Part shown: positions 1 to 9,669 of the stretch, piece after piece | Layout of the letters: each line of letters opens with the position of its first letter | Numbering within the stretch: the first letter of the stretch is position 1 | Origin: Thermoanaerobaculia bacterium | GTDB lineage: Bacteria; Acidobacteriota; Thermoanaerobaculia; Multivoradales; Multivoraceae | Length of the DNA stretch: 64,000 nucleotides | NCBI GenBank assembly: GCA_963664405.1 | Contig: OY761158.1 | Span: forward strand, 2,784,001 to 2,848,000 | Direction: 5' to 3' | Notes under the pieces: model-generated | Told to the model about the DNA's origin: nothing | Database searches by the model: none | The model's input: only the letters and a program-made list of their open reading frames with translations | Made by a program: the position numbers and the translations under genes

Positions 1-1040
1 GGGGGCGAGTCCAGGCTGAGCCTGGGCGACGGGGGGAGTAGGTCTGCCGCAGCGGCGTTGGCCATGGCGCCGTCCCAGACCAAATTGCCCGAGTTGATCG
101 CCGAGGCCACCCGCTCAGGGGCGGTCATCTGGTGCCAGAGCAGACCGATCGTGTTGTCGCGAATGTGGCGGCTGAAGATATCGGTCAGCCCGAGCGCGTT
201 CTGGCCGGTGGTCTCATTGACGAGACTGACGAAGCCAAGGCCGTGAGCGAGCTCGTGGAGTGCAACGTTGACGAACCCGATCTGACCCTGCGGAGTTCCA
301 CCCGCGAGACCGTAGTAGAAGCGGGATCCTGCTCCCAAGCACTGGTTGTCGATCGCATCGTTGAAGGTCAATTGGGCCTCGCCTGCGTCAGGGTCCGGCA
401 GGTCCTCCAGGCTGAGATTCTGACCGCTCAAGGCCTCCGCCAGTGCTCCGGGGTACCAAGTGTTTGAGAAACCGGCGCCGGCGAAGCTCTCGAAAATGAA
501 CTGGGGGCCGGCCTGGGCGATGGTCGCTCCGCTCGGGTCGCAGGTCAGCGGGTCGAAGCTGACGTCGATGTTGATCTCTACATTACTGGCCAAGAAGCCG
601 CCCCAGATGTCGGCGACGAGCTGGATGGCTGCACGGCGTTGATCCCCGAGGACGCCTGGCGCGTTGAAGCCCTCACCGGCACCATCCTGTATTCGGATAG
701 TGACGTTCGAGCTCCCCGGCTTCCAACCGAGATCCCTGAAGTGGTCGAGAGTGAGGTCGATCTCGCCGGCTTGAGTACTTGGAGAAGCGAAGGGCTCCAT
801 CAGCAGGTCCGGAGTCGGCAGTGGGTCCCAGTGAGAGACGGAAGATCCTGGCGAGACCGGGTTCGGTGCGTTAAGCCGCAGCCGGCCCATGGTGTCTGTG
901 CCGATCGGGGATGTTGGATCGAGGCGGAGGCTGGCGCTGACCTCTGCGCTCCGTGAAGGTCCCGCTGTGAGAGCAACCAGCAGCAGCGCAGCGGCAGGTG
1001 TGCCCGCCTTTCGGAGGCGCCGATCGAGGTTGGAGATCAC
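1..1040 (-). CDS. Secreted zinc metallopeptidase (HExxH; family usually carrying a PA domain), 3' end runs off the window
   Basis: Not in the ORF track (no stop in window). Manual translation from GTG 1040 gives a signal peptide (AAALLLVALTAG), GEGFN..LGDQRR, SFDPLTC, WYPGALAEAL, FYYGL and VALHELAHGLGF. Confidence 0.8.
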   Translation of the reverse strand, partial: MISNLDRRLRKAGTPAAALLLVALTAGPSRSAEVSASLRLDPTSPIGTDTMGRLRLNAPNPVSPGSSVSHWDPLPTPDLLMEPFASPSTQAGEIDLTLDHFRDLGWKPGSSNVTIRIQDGAGEGFNAPGVLGDQRRAAIQLVADIWGGFLASNVEINIDVSFDPLTCDPSGATIAQAGPQFIFESFAGAGFSNTWYPGALAEALSGQNLSLEDLPDPDAGEAQLTFNDAIDNQCLGAGSRFYYGLAGGTPQGQIGFVNVALHELAHGLGFVSLVNETTGQNALGLTDIFSRHIRDNTIGLLWHQMTAPERVASAINSGNLVWDGAMANAAAADLLPPSPRLSLDSP

Positions 1041-1044
1041 GGCT

Positions 1045-1542
1045 CTACTTCTTCGCTGCGGAGGTGGAGGTGACGGGTGCCGAGCTAGCGGCGTGCGTAT
1101 GCGCGGCATCTGAGCTGCTTCCGCTCGGGCTGACACAGGTCATCTCCCAGCTTCCGTCCTTCGTCACCCGCAGTCCGGTTGCGCTGTGGAAGCGACCCTG
1201 AAGAAAGACCCCTCGACCGCCGCCGGGCAGAGGAAAGGGCCGCAGGCCCTCGGTCGAGCGGCTGAACAAGGCCGAGCTTGCCTCGAGCAGACGCCCGACC
1301 TGGTCGGGACTCGGGTTGGAAGTGAGCTCGCCGGTGACAGGGTCGATGAATGCGCGTAGCCCGAGACTTCCGTTCTTGCCTGCATCGGCGTCTCCGGGTC
1401 CGGAAAGCGTGCTCGATCCGTCCTCTGGGGGTGACGAGCTCGTCTCTTCCGCCGAGGCGAGTAGGACGCCGCTGACGAGGATGAGGGCAAAGGCGAGCGC
1501 AGGGGCGCCCCTGGATAGGGAGTGAGATCGGCGACTATTCAT
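1045..1542 (-). CDS. Secreted small protein, post-PEP-CTERM-1-like (possible peptidase partner/propeptide)
   Basis: Signal peptide; motifs LRAFIDPVTGEL, SRSTEGL, LQGRF, DG...C; GAGGAG RBS before ATG 1542; directly upstream of the peptidase. Confidence 0.65.
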   Translation of the reverse strand: MNSRRSHSLSRGAPALAFALILVSGVLLASAEETSSSPPEDGSSTLSGPGDADAGKNGSLGLRAFIDPVTGELTSNPSPDQVGRLLEASSALFSRSTEGLRPFPLPGGGRGVFLQGRFHSATGLRVTKDGSWEMTCVSPSGSSSDAAHTHAASSAPVTSTSAAKK

Positions 1543-2035
1543 AGGTGTGACTCCTCTTTCTTTGGTACTCACGAGCCAGCGACGCAGGATGTCTCCGCAA
1601 AGACCGGGCCAGGGCGGAGCGGGTTGGTCGCTGCAGCATCTTTTTCGAGGGGTTTCGGCAATCAGGGCGTCCAATATGAAGACGGGCGAGTTTCGCGAGG
1701 TCGCTCGTGACCGCGATTACGTTAGCAGTAGGAAAACCAAGGAAGAGACCATTGACGTACTCATCCAGGGCACATACGAGCCTCAGCTCAGCCGTAGCCT
1801 CATGCTTCTCGAAGTCGGTGGCTTTGAGGTGGGGTTACAACAAGGGGTCCGGAACAGAGTACGCTTTCACCTTCGATACGCCGTTTCATGTCTTTGAAGA
1901 ATCAGGGTCGCTCGCTCGCCAACAGAGGTAGCGATGATGCGAGAGTCGATTGGAGAGACACCAAACGCCCGCGTAGAGAGTACATTCTTGCCGCCAGGCA
2001 TTAGGCGGCGGCCGAAAGAGATCAAGGAGTCTCGG

Positions 2036-2686
2036 GTGAGAGCAGTGCCAAGCGCCCCGATCGACACGGATGCACGAGAGAAGGCCCTGGTCGCGCGCAT
2101 GCGCCAGGGCGATGAACGTGCTTACGACGAGTTTTCTGACGTCTATATCCCGGGTCTCTATCGATTCGCGTTCGGCCGACTGGGCCGGGACCGAGAGCTG
2201 ACTCGGGAGATCGTACAGAACACGGTCTGCAAGGTCGTCGCCAAGCTCGACACCTATCGGGGAGAAGCGCCGCTGCGCACTTGGCTGTGCGCGTGTTGTC
2301 GCAACGAGATCGCGGGCCACTACAGGCGGAAGTCTTCTCGTCCGATGGAAGTCGAGCTCGAGCCAACGAGCAACTCGCCTGTGATGCGATCGGCCGATCC
2401 CGATCCAGAGGCCCAGTATCTCACCTCGGAGACTGCCGATATGGTCCATCTGGCCCTAGACGACCTCCCAGCCCGCTACTCTCGGGCTTTGCACTGGAAG
2501 TACCTCGATGGTCTCTCGGCCCGCGAGATTGCCGCACGTCTCGAGCTCAGCACTAAGGGGGCCGAGTCGCTCCTAGCGCGAGCTAGGGGCGCTTTCCGAA
2601 CGGCCCATGAGAGGCTGACACGGGCGCCCGGACCAGCCTCAGTTTTCACCAACACGCCTAGTCTTACAGGGATGAGCAAGTCATGA
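2036..2686 (+). CDS. ECF RNA polymerase sigma factor
   Basis: Region 2 (LYRFAF..EIVQ..TWLCACCRN) and region 4 (LDDLP..YLDGLSAREIAARL); AAGGAG RBS before GTG 2036. Confidence 0.9.
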   Translation: MRAVPSAPIDTDAREKALVARMRQGDERAYDEFSDVYIPGLYRFAFGRLGRDRELTREIVQNTVCKVVAKLDTYRGEAPLRTWLCACCRNEIAGHYRRKSSRPMEVELEPTSNSPVMRSADPDPEAQYLTSETADMVHLALDDLPARYSRALHWKYLDGLSAREIAARLELSTKGAESLLARARGAFRTAHERLTRAPGPASVFTNTPSLTGMSKS

Positions 2687-3729
2687 CGAACCCACCCATC
2701 AAAAGCTCACAATACGGCGAGCCACCGAATGACGACGAGGTCGCAAGGCTGATCCGCATGGCCGGACGGCCCGCGGTGCCACCTCTTGACGATATGACCG
2801 CGATCAAAGCCGCGGGGCGAGCGGAGTTCCGGCGGCGCTGGGTCCGCAAGCGCTAGCCCAGCCGAGTTACGATCTCGCTGGCGCTCGCCGCAGCTTTGGG
2901 TTTCGCGGCGCTGGGACTCATTCTGTGGCGGAGCACCCCCGAGGTAGCCCCCTTCCCGGCCGCTAGGGTGGCGTCGGTGGAGGTAGTGGAGGGAGACGTT
3001 ACTCTGCTTCGTAGCGGGGGGGCCTCCGGCACTTGGGCTCTGGAGCCTGAGGGTGTCGTTGTCGCCGGCGACCGTATCGAAACCGCGCCTTCAGCGGGTC
3101 ACACTGCTCTACTCATGGACGACGGAGTCTCCTTGCGGCTCGACGGCGGAGCCCGAGTCGTATTTGTCGATGCCGACACGGTCGATCTCGTTGAAGGGGC
3201 TCTGTATGTGGACGCTGCGCCGTCAGCCGAGGTTGCTTCCGTGCTGCGTATTCGCACACCTCTGGGTGTGGTGCAGCACGTGGGCACCCAGTTCGAGGTG
3301 CGTTTCACCGAAGGGGAAGAAGGGAGCTTGCGCGTTCGGGTACGAGAAGGTCGTGTTCTCGTTGCCCGAGAAGATCAGACCCTCTCTCTCGAGTCCGGCG
3401 AAGAGCTTGCGGTGGCCGACGATGGGGCCGTTGTCCGCGGCGAGATTTCGACCCACGGTGCCGCCTGGGACTGGGTCTTGGAAACGGCGCCGCCCTTCGA
3501 GATCGAGGGCCAGTCGCTGCAAGTCTACCTAGACTGGTTGGCTCGGGAGACAGGCTGGGAGATCGTGCTCGCCGAAGGCGCGCTCGACAGGCCGACCGAT
3601 GAGGTCATGATGGCCGGTCCGGTTCTCCACGTTCGACCCGACGAAACGCTCAAAGTTGTATTGCCTGGTGTGGACCTCGCCCATCGCTTCGTCGAGGGTC
3701 GCCTGATCCTCGAGCATCTGATCCCCTAG
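2683..3729 (+). pseudogene. FecR-family anti-sigma factor with an in-frame TAG at 2854-2856
   Basis: ATG overlaps the sigma stop (ATGA). The frame is continuous with the 2896..3729 ORF except for TAG at codon 58. FecR motifs TPLGVVQHVGTQFEV and VRVREGRV. Confidence 0.75.
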
Positions 3730-3892
3730 TGCCGTGTCTCCGACATGGCTTACCAATATCTCGGCCCCTTTAGCCCGCTGCCGTCGTCGCGACTCGTCGA
3801 CATATTCCCAATATGCCTGCCTCGTCGCTCCTTGACAGCGAACAAAATGGCCTCGAGCTCTTGGCAAGCCATGTCGGAGACACAACACCTAG
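3726..3892. mobile_element. CTAG-bounded palindromic element (MITE-like), subfamily A
   Basis: CTAG at 3726 and 3889; arms TGTCTCCGACATGGCTT / AAGCCATGTCGGAGACA; core TCGACATATTCCCAATATGCCTGC shared with the other copies. Confidence 0.85.
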
Positions 3893-6567
3893 AACTCCCA
3901 GGTCACACCTAGAGAGGGGAAGATGCCGGGCCATGCGTCCTCGAGTACGATGAGCACTTGCTCGTCCTCGTCGACCTCGATGTCGAACCCGGCGACGTTT
4001 TCGCGATCGTAGAGATTCTGCGCGTCGAGGAAGAAAGTGATCGAGCCTCGTCGAGTCGACCAACGTCGGCTGGCACGGAAGTCGAGTCGGTGGTATTCGG
4101 GCAGCCTCAGGCTATTCAGGGGACCGAGCGCTAGACGGAAGGTGTCCTCGCCGTCCGGGTCTTCTTCGACAACCAGACTTATGGGTGTAGTCGGCCAACC
4201 GGTGTGGTATCGCCAGGCGAAGTTTAGATTCCAATTGTCATTGGGGCGGAAATTGAGATCGAGATTGAGAGCATGGGTCTGGTCGATCTCTCGTCTGATG
4301 GTCTCTGCATCGATTCTGTCCTCGGTGTTGGCATAGGCGTAGTTTGCCCACCAGCCCACGCGGGGGCCGAAACGGCCGCGCAAGTAGACCTCGACTCCCT
4401 CTGCACTACTGCTCTCCGGAACGATGCGAAAGCGGTCGGGCTCCGCCTCTGGAAAGATATTGATGGCCTCGAAGAGATTCTCATAGCGAGGTCTGGGGTC
4501 CGAGATCGTTTTGCTGTAGGCCTCGACGCGGAGAGCGAGAGGGTAGACCGGCGAGTCGCCTCGAAACGTGTGCTCGAAGCCAACCACCACCTGTTCGGAG
4601 CGCTCAGCCTTGTGAAACTCGGTCTCGCCGTCGGCGACCTGTAGCTCATAGGCACGCTGGCTCTGGAAGAAATGGCCCCAGCCGATGCGCAACGCGCTGG
4701 TGGCGCCCGTTGCCAGGGCCATATTGATACGTGGGCTGAGCAGCTCGTCGTCGGTAAGCGAGTGCTGGTCGTAGCGAAGCCCGAGGGCGAGGGTGAGAGG
4801 CTCTACGACTCTCACCTGGTCGGTGAGGAACCCTCCGTAGTAGTCGTCGCGAAAGCTTGCGACGAAGCGTTCGACCCCGTCGGGAGGCTCGCCTTCGATG
4901 GGCACGATGGGGGCGCTGAATTCCCGAGTATTGAAGTAATCGTAGTCGGAATCGAAGCGTCGTCCTTCGAGACCCCACAGAAGAAAATTCGACGCTCCCG
5001 CCTGGAGATTCCAAGATTGAAGAATGCCGAAGACGTCCATTCGACGAATGTCTGCGATCTCGAGTAATTGCCCTACGTCGTTCTCGACCCCGGTTCGGTC
5101 GCGGTCGATGGCGCTGGTCGAGAGGACCGTATCGATGTAGAGAACATCGGAGAGTACCGACTGATGGGTTCCCCACAGATAGGCATTGCTGTAATCGGTG
5201 TCGAAGAGCTTGGTCTCGCCGTCGATATCCTCGGTCAGGTTGAGTTTGTCTTGGGCCTGTAGGGCGCTGAGCCTCAACGAGTTCGCTGGGGACACTCGGT
5301 AGTCGAGCTTGCCGAAGGCGTCCCAGAACTCAGGGTCTTCGCCGCCGAAGACCCGGCTTGCCAGGTCGACCGACCCCCGCCGCAGCGAGGCGAGCCAGTT
5401 GGCTCGTTCTTGGTCGAAGGTCCCAGAGCTCCCGAACTGAGCCGTGAGGATGCTTAGACCGACCGAGTACTGCCGACCGCTGTCAGCGATTGTTGTTGTC
5501 AGATCGAGGACCCCGCTCATGCGATCTCCGTATTCGGCCTGGTAGGCACCGGTGGAGAGTGCCATGCTCTGGAGGCCGGAGTCGGCAACGATGCTGAGCC
5601 CGTCGTCGAAGTCCTTGAGGTGGTAGGCGTCGTAGAGCTCCTGGCCATCGAGAAGGATCTGTACTTCGTCGCGACGGCCCCCTCGGACGTGAAAGCCTGC
5701 CGAGACATCGTTGCCGGTGGTACCGGGCATGAGCGTGATCGCACGAAAGAAGTCGCCGCCGAGGTGAGGCAGCGCAAGCATGTCGTCGCGGCTCAATGCC
5801 AAGGGGGCTGCCGGCTCTTCGAGCAGAAGAGAGATTCTGCTCGGGCTGACGACGATCTCGTCGCTACTGAGAGGTGTCGGTTGCAGAGTGATCGAGATCT
5901 CATGATGGGTACCGGTGGCGATCACCAAACTCTGTCGCTGCTCGACGACGAAGCCTGGATGCCGGGCCTCGAGGGTATAGGTGCCGGCCGCCAGGCTGTC
6001 GATCTCGAACCGGCCATCCTCGTCAGTCCGGCGCTCGTCGCCCGATTCCAGGACTCGAACAAACGCCCCGACCACGGGACCGAGGCCGCGCCGGGAGCGA
6101 ACCGAGCCGGAGAGACTTGCTGGAGTGCTCGCCGCCACTTTGGCCAGGCGGATGACCGTGAGGGTGCCTCCGGGCCCGGCCTGGAGGCCTAGACCGTGCG
6201 CGCGCAAGAGCTCTTCGGCGAGGTCGCGCACGTCTGTTGCCCTGGGCTCTGCGGTGACCTCGAGATCGGGTGAGACGATCAGATCGCTCCAAAGGAGGTC
6301 GAGGCCCGCGTCTCGCAGCTCGGCGAGGACAGCGCTCAGGCGTCGACCGCTGTAGGTCGCCGTCGCGGAGTCTGCGTCAGGGTCCTGTGATGATTCTGAC
6401 CGTGCCCAGCTCGAGCCGCCAGGCGCGGTCAGACCCAGGCAGGTGACCAGCAGCACAGCCGTCATCAAGGGGCGGCTCGAGGTCGATTTGCCGGCTCCGC
6501 CCCCAGAGCTCTCCCCTAGTCGCTGGGTGCCGCGAGTTGATCTGTCAAAGGGTGCTGTCGCTGCCAT
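3889..6567 (-). CDS. TonB-dependent receptor with N-terminal signalling extension and carboxypeptidase-regulatory-like domain
   Basis: 892 aa; plug motif FHVRGG..DG..LYDAYH, GAYQAEYGDRMSGVLDL; C-terminal LGVTWEF. Confidence 0.9.
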   Translation of the reverse strand: MAATAPFDRSTRGTQRLGESSGGGAGKSTSSRPLMTAVLLVTCLGLTAPGGSSWARSESSQDPDADSATATYSGRRLSAVLAELRDAGLDLLWSDLIVSPDLEVTAEPRATDVRDLAEELLRAHGLGLQAGPGGTLTVIRLAKVAASTPASLSGSVRSRRGLGPVVGAFVRVLESGDERRTDEDGRFEIDSLAAGTYTLEARHPGFVVEQRQSLVIATGTHHEISITLQPTPLSSDEIVVSPSRISLLLEEPAAPLALSRDDMLALPHLGGDFFRAITLMPGTTGNDVSAGFHVRGGRRDEVQILLDGQELYDAYHLKDFDDGLSIVADSGLQSMALSTGAYQAEYGDRMSGVLDLTTTIADSGRQYSVGLSILTAQFGSSGTFDQERANWLASLRRGSVDLASRVFGGEDPEFWDAFGKLDYRVSPANSLRLSALQAQDKLNLTEDIDGETKLFDTDYSNAYLWGTHQSVLSDVLYIDTVLSTSAIDRDRTGVENDVGQLLEIADIRRMDVFGILQSWNLQAGASNFLLWGLEGRRFDSDYDYFNTREFSAPIVPIEGEPPDGVERFVASFRDDYYGGFLTDQVRVVEPLTLALGLRYDQHSLTDDELLSPRINMALATGATSALRIGWGHFFQSQRAYELQVADGETEFHKAERSEQVVVGFEHTFRGDSPVYPLALRVEAYSKTISDPRPRYENLFEAINIFPEAEPDRFRIVPESSSAEGVEVYLRGRFGPRVGWWANYAYANTEDRIDAETIRREIDQTHALNLDLNFRPNDNWNLNFAWRYHTGWPTTPISLVVEEDPDGEDTFRLALGPLNSLRLPEYHRLDFRASRRWSTRRGSITFFLDAQNLYDRENVAGFDIEVDEDEQVLIVLEDAWPGIFPSLGVTWEF

Positions 6568-6616
6568 CGCGTAAGGGTCGAGGCATAGCCGACCCAGAGC
6601 AGAATACCAGTCGGGA

Positions 6617-6901
6617 TCAGTCGAGATCGAAGATCTGATGGAAGCCTGCCATCTCGAAGATCTCCCGGATGTGGGTGTTCATGTTGGCGATACGTAGCCG
6701 GTGTCCGGTTCCCATGAGTCGCTTCTGCGCGGCGAGGAGCACTCCCAAGCCGGCACTCGAGATGTACTGCAACTCCCTGAAGTCGATCGTCCCGGACTCT
6801 GAAAGGTGGTCCAGAACCTCTCGGGCCTTACCCTCCTGGGATGCGTCAAGGCGACCCTTGAGCTCGACGTCGCCATTGTCTTTACGGCTGATCTCAAACA
6901 T
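6617..6901 (-). CDS. STAS domain anti-anti-sigma factor (RsbV/SpoIIAA-like)
   Basis: LKGRLDA, YISSAGLGVLL, IFEMAGF motifs. Confidence 0.9.
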   Translation of the reverse strand: MFEISRKDNGDVELKGRLDASQEGKAREVLDHLSESGTIDFRELQYISSAGLGVLLAAQKRLMGTGHRLRIANMNTHIREIFEMAGFHQIFDLD

Positions 6902-7310
6902 TTTCGTGCTCCAAATACTTCGCTACCGAGATCGTCATCGTCCGGTTGCGATACTCGTAAGCGATCTTGTCGACCATCGACTTGACCAATTGCAGCCCGA
7001 GGCCACCTGGCTCCCGCTCTTCAACCGGGAGGCTGGTGTCTTTCTCGGGTGCGTTCGCGATGTCGAAGGGGTCGACATGCTCATCAACGAGGTCCAAGAG
7101 GAGTTGGGCTCCTCGGCGTCGGATCTCGATGCTGATGCCACCGCTGCCGATGTTGTACTTCACCATATTGGTGAAAAGCTCCTCGACGACGAAGTTGAAT
7201 GCGAACACGGGGCCCTCTCCCAGGTTTTCGCGTTGGAAGAACTCCGACAAGAAAGAGAAGATGTCTTCGAGGGACCCGATACTGCGAGCGAAAGTGCGCT
7301 TTTCGGACAT
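6894..7310 (-). CDS. Anti-sigma factor Ser/Thr kinase (RsbW-like HATPase_c)
   Basis: EELFTNMVKY, PFD, REPGGLGLQLVKSMVD motifs. Confidence 0.9.
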   Translation of the reverse strand: MSEKRTFARSIGSLEDIFSFLSEFFQRENLGEGPVFAFNFVVEELFTNMVKYNIGSGGISIEIRRRGAQLLLDLVDEHVDPFDIANAPEKDTSLPVEEREPGGLGLQLVKSMVDKIAYEYRNRTMTISVAKYLEHENV

Positions 7311-7326
7311 TCCGTGAAGCGCGACA

Positions 7327-7725
7327 CTAGGTGAATCTCGCAACCAAGAGGGAGAAATCGTCTTCGAAAACGTCCTCCCGCATGACGTTCCGCACTGCCT
7401 GCTCGATCCGCTCAGGCTCACCGCTCTCCAACGCCGGGCCCGCGACCACCAGGTCGAGGAATTCGTCCATGCTCCACTCTTCGCCCGCTGTAGTCACGAC
7501 CTCGAAGGCTCCGTCGCTGTACACATACAAGCGGCTGCTGGGCTCGACAGTGATTTCGGCATCTTCGAAACTGAGATCTTCCATCAATCCGATCGCCATG
7601 TTGGGAGTACGCAGTCTCTGGTTCGATTTCTCACTCAGGAGCAGAGCCGAGGGGTGGCCGGCAGACGCGTAGAGGAGCTTACGGTCGCTCGAGTCGAAGA
7701 TGCCGTACCAGAGGGTGAAGTACAT
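7327..7725 (-). pseudogene. 3' part of FHA-SpoIIE (PP2C) phosphatase, separated by IS insertion
   Basis: MYFTLWYGIFD..YASAGHP..YSDG..EDDFSLL, which continues the 9670..10371 fragment. Confidence 0.9.
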
Positions 7726-7803
7726 CTTGGGTTCAAGGGGTCGTCGCAACGTTGCCTTGGTGAGCAGAGTGTACAAACTCATCGAAGACTTCGGCAGGGG
7801 TTC
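7726..7803 (-). mobile_element. Extra IS30-family right-end fragment (78 bp)
   Basis: Near-identical to 8218-8295 (3 mismatches); CAT at 7723-7725 matches CAT at 9670-9672. Confidence 0.85.
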
Positions 7804-8217
7804 TGAGCGGTCACGGTTTCGTGGACACCAAGTTAAGCCCCATCGGGGCAGTTCCTATTCTGCATCAGTTCGGGTAGTCAGCTTCGGACGAGGCTGTGCG
7901 AGGTTCGGGGAGCGCAGCCTCCCTTCGGATCCGACCGCCGGTCGCGCGTGAGTTCACGCTGCCCCTTCGAAGGCCTCGGGGCTCAGGAATCCGAGCGTCG
8001 AATGCTGGCGTCTCAGGTTGTAGAACACTTCGAGGTAAGAAACCGCTTCGTCGTGAGCTCGCTGACGAGTCTCGAAGGGTCGGTCCCAGACCTCGGTCTT
8101 GAGACTGTCGAAGAAGCTCTCCAAGACCGCATTGTCATAACAATTTCCGACGCCGGACATGCTGCAGCGAAACCGCAGCTCAGCCAGCCGATCCTGGTAA
8201 GCCTTCGAGGCGTACTG
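7804..8217 (-). mobile_element. IS3-family remnant (right end and C-terminal integrase core)
   Basis: Terminal TGAGCGGTCACGGTTTCGTGGACAC; peptide QYAS..SMSGVGNCYDNAVLESFFDSLKTE..FYN..RQHSTLG..SP. Confidence 0.9.
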
Positions 8218-9669
8218 CTTGGGTTCAAGGAGTCGTCGCAGCGTTGCCTTGGTGAGCAGAGTGTACAAGCTCATCGAAGACTTCGGCAGGGGTTCTCCAG
8301 CCGAGGGTCTTGCGGGGTCGGCCGTTGAGTGCGAGCGCGACCGCGGCGAGGTCGTCGCAGGAGTATCTGACAAGGTCGGTGCCCTTCGGGAAGTACTGGC
8401 GTAGTAGTCCGTTGGTGTTCTCGTTGGTGCCCCGCTGCCAGGGGCTGTGCGGGTCGCAGAAGTAGATCGCGAGGCCGGTATCGACGCGGAGTTGAGCGTG
8501 TTGAGCCATCTCGGCGCCCTGGTCCCAGGTCAAGGACCGGCGGAGCTGCTCGGGCAGCGTGGTGATTGACACCGCGATCGCGTCACGGACGGCTTCGGCG
8601 CCGTGCCCGGCGAGGGCCGGCCCGTTCTTCACCCTCGATTCGGTCCCGTGCCCTTCCATGCGGGGCAGGTGCAGCAGCATCGTGAACCGCGTAGTGCGTT
8701 CGACGAGGGTCCCGATCGCTGAGCTCTCGAGCCCGACGATCAGGTCGCCTTCCCAGTGACCCGGCACGGCCCTGTCGCCGGCTTCGGCGGGGCGTTCGCT
8801 GATCATGATCTCCGGAGTTACAAATTTCTTGCCTCTCCCCCGGGTTCGCGCATGCGGCACTCGTAGCGCTCGCCCGGTTCGCAGGCACGCGACGAGCTCG
8901 CGTTTGAGGGCTCCTCGACCTTGGATGTAGAGCGCTTGGTAGATCGCCTCGTGAGAGATCCGCATCGACTCATTATGGGGGAAATCAATCCGAAGCCGGT
9001 TCGAGATCTGCTCCGGACTCCAGGATTTCGCCCAACGCCGATCCTGGCGACGGCCGTGCCGACGGCCGATCCAACGCACATCCGGACCCGGCACCAGCTC
9101 CCCGTCAGGCCTTGCGATCACGCCGGCGAGGCGGTTCTGCACGTACTCACGCAAGGCATCGTTCGCGGCAAGCTTGGAGACCTTCGGACGGCTGGCGCGC
9201 CGCTCCGCGTGCCACTGCGCAGTCGTGGCCCGATAAGTTACGGCACGGCTGCGAGTCGCCGCGTTGCGGCGCAGCTCCCGCGAAATCGTCGACGGTGAAC
9301 GACCCAGGCGGCGAGCGATCTCACGTACCCCAACATGCTGAGCGTGAAGGATGGCGATCTCTTCACGCTCGGCGAACGACAGATAACGCCCCGACACCGG
9401 AGCCAACGAGATAGGTCGCATTCCACCAGCTTGCCTGAACCATCTCGACCCGACAGCCGGCGACACCCCAGCCTCTGTTGCGGCGTCCTCGCTGGACGCC
9501 CCACGAGCGATCGTCTCCCAGAACCGGATCCGGTCCTCGCGCCGCGCTGTCGAGGGCCGGCCAGGTGACCGCATCTGGCCACGCATCGCTCGAATCGCAC
9601 CCTGACACTTGCCAACTCCCATCGAAACACCTCCATCACGAGATGTTGCGACGACCAGTTGAATCCGCC
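8218..9669 (-). mobile_element. IS30-family insertion sequence
   Basis: Imperfect IRs CTTGGGTTCAAGGAGTCGTCGCA / GGCGGATTCAACTGGTCGTCGCA enclosing the transposase. Confidence 0.92.
8225..9622 (-). CDS. IS30-family transposase
   Basis: HTH (LSFAEREEI..RSPSTISRELRRN), WSPEQIS, PGHWEGDL, TWDQGAEM, HSPWQRGTNENTNGLLRQYFPKG; GGAGG RBS before ATG 9622. Confidence 0.95.
   Translation of the reverse strand: MGVGKCQGAIRAMRGQMRSPGRPSTARREDRIRFWETIARGASSEDAATEAGVSPAVGSRWFRQAGGMRPISLAPVSGRYLSFAEREEIAILHAQHVGVREIARRLGRSPSTISRELRRNAATRSRAVTYRATTAQWHAERRASRPKVSKLAANDALREYVQNRLAGVIARPDGELVPGPDVRWIGRRHGRRQDRRWAKSWSPEQISNRLRIDFPHNESMRISHEAIYQALYIQGRGALKRELVACLRTGRALRVPHARTRGRGKKFVTPEIMISERPAEAGDRAVPGHWEGDLIVGLESSAIGTLVERTTRFTMLLHLPRMEGHGTESRVKNGPALAGHGAEAVRDAIAVSITTLPEQLRRSLTWDQGAEMAQHAQLRVDTGLAIYFCDPHSPWQRGTNENTNGLLRQYFPKGTDLVRYSCDDLAAVALALNGRPRKTLGWRTPAEVFDELVHSAHQGNAATTP

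Noticed and set aside
2854-2856. TAG recoding (pyrrolysine or alternative code)
   Set aside because: Many conserved genes here (for example atpD, atpH, rhlE, TonB receptor) end properly at TAG, and no pyl genes are present.
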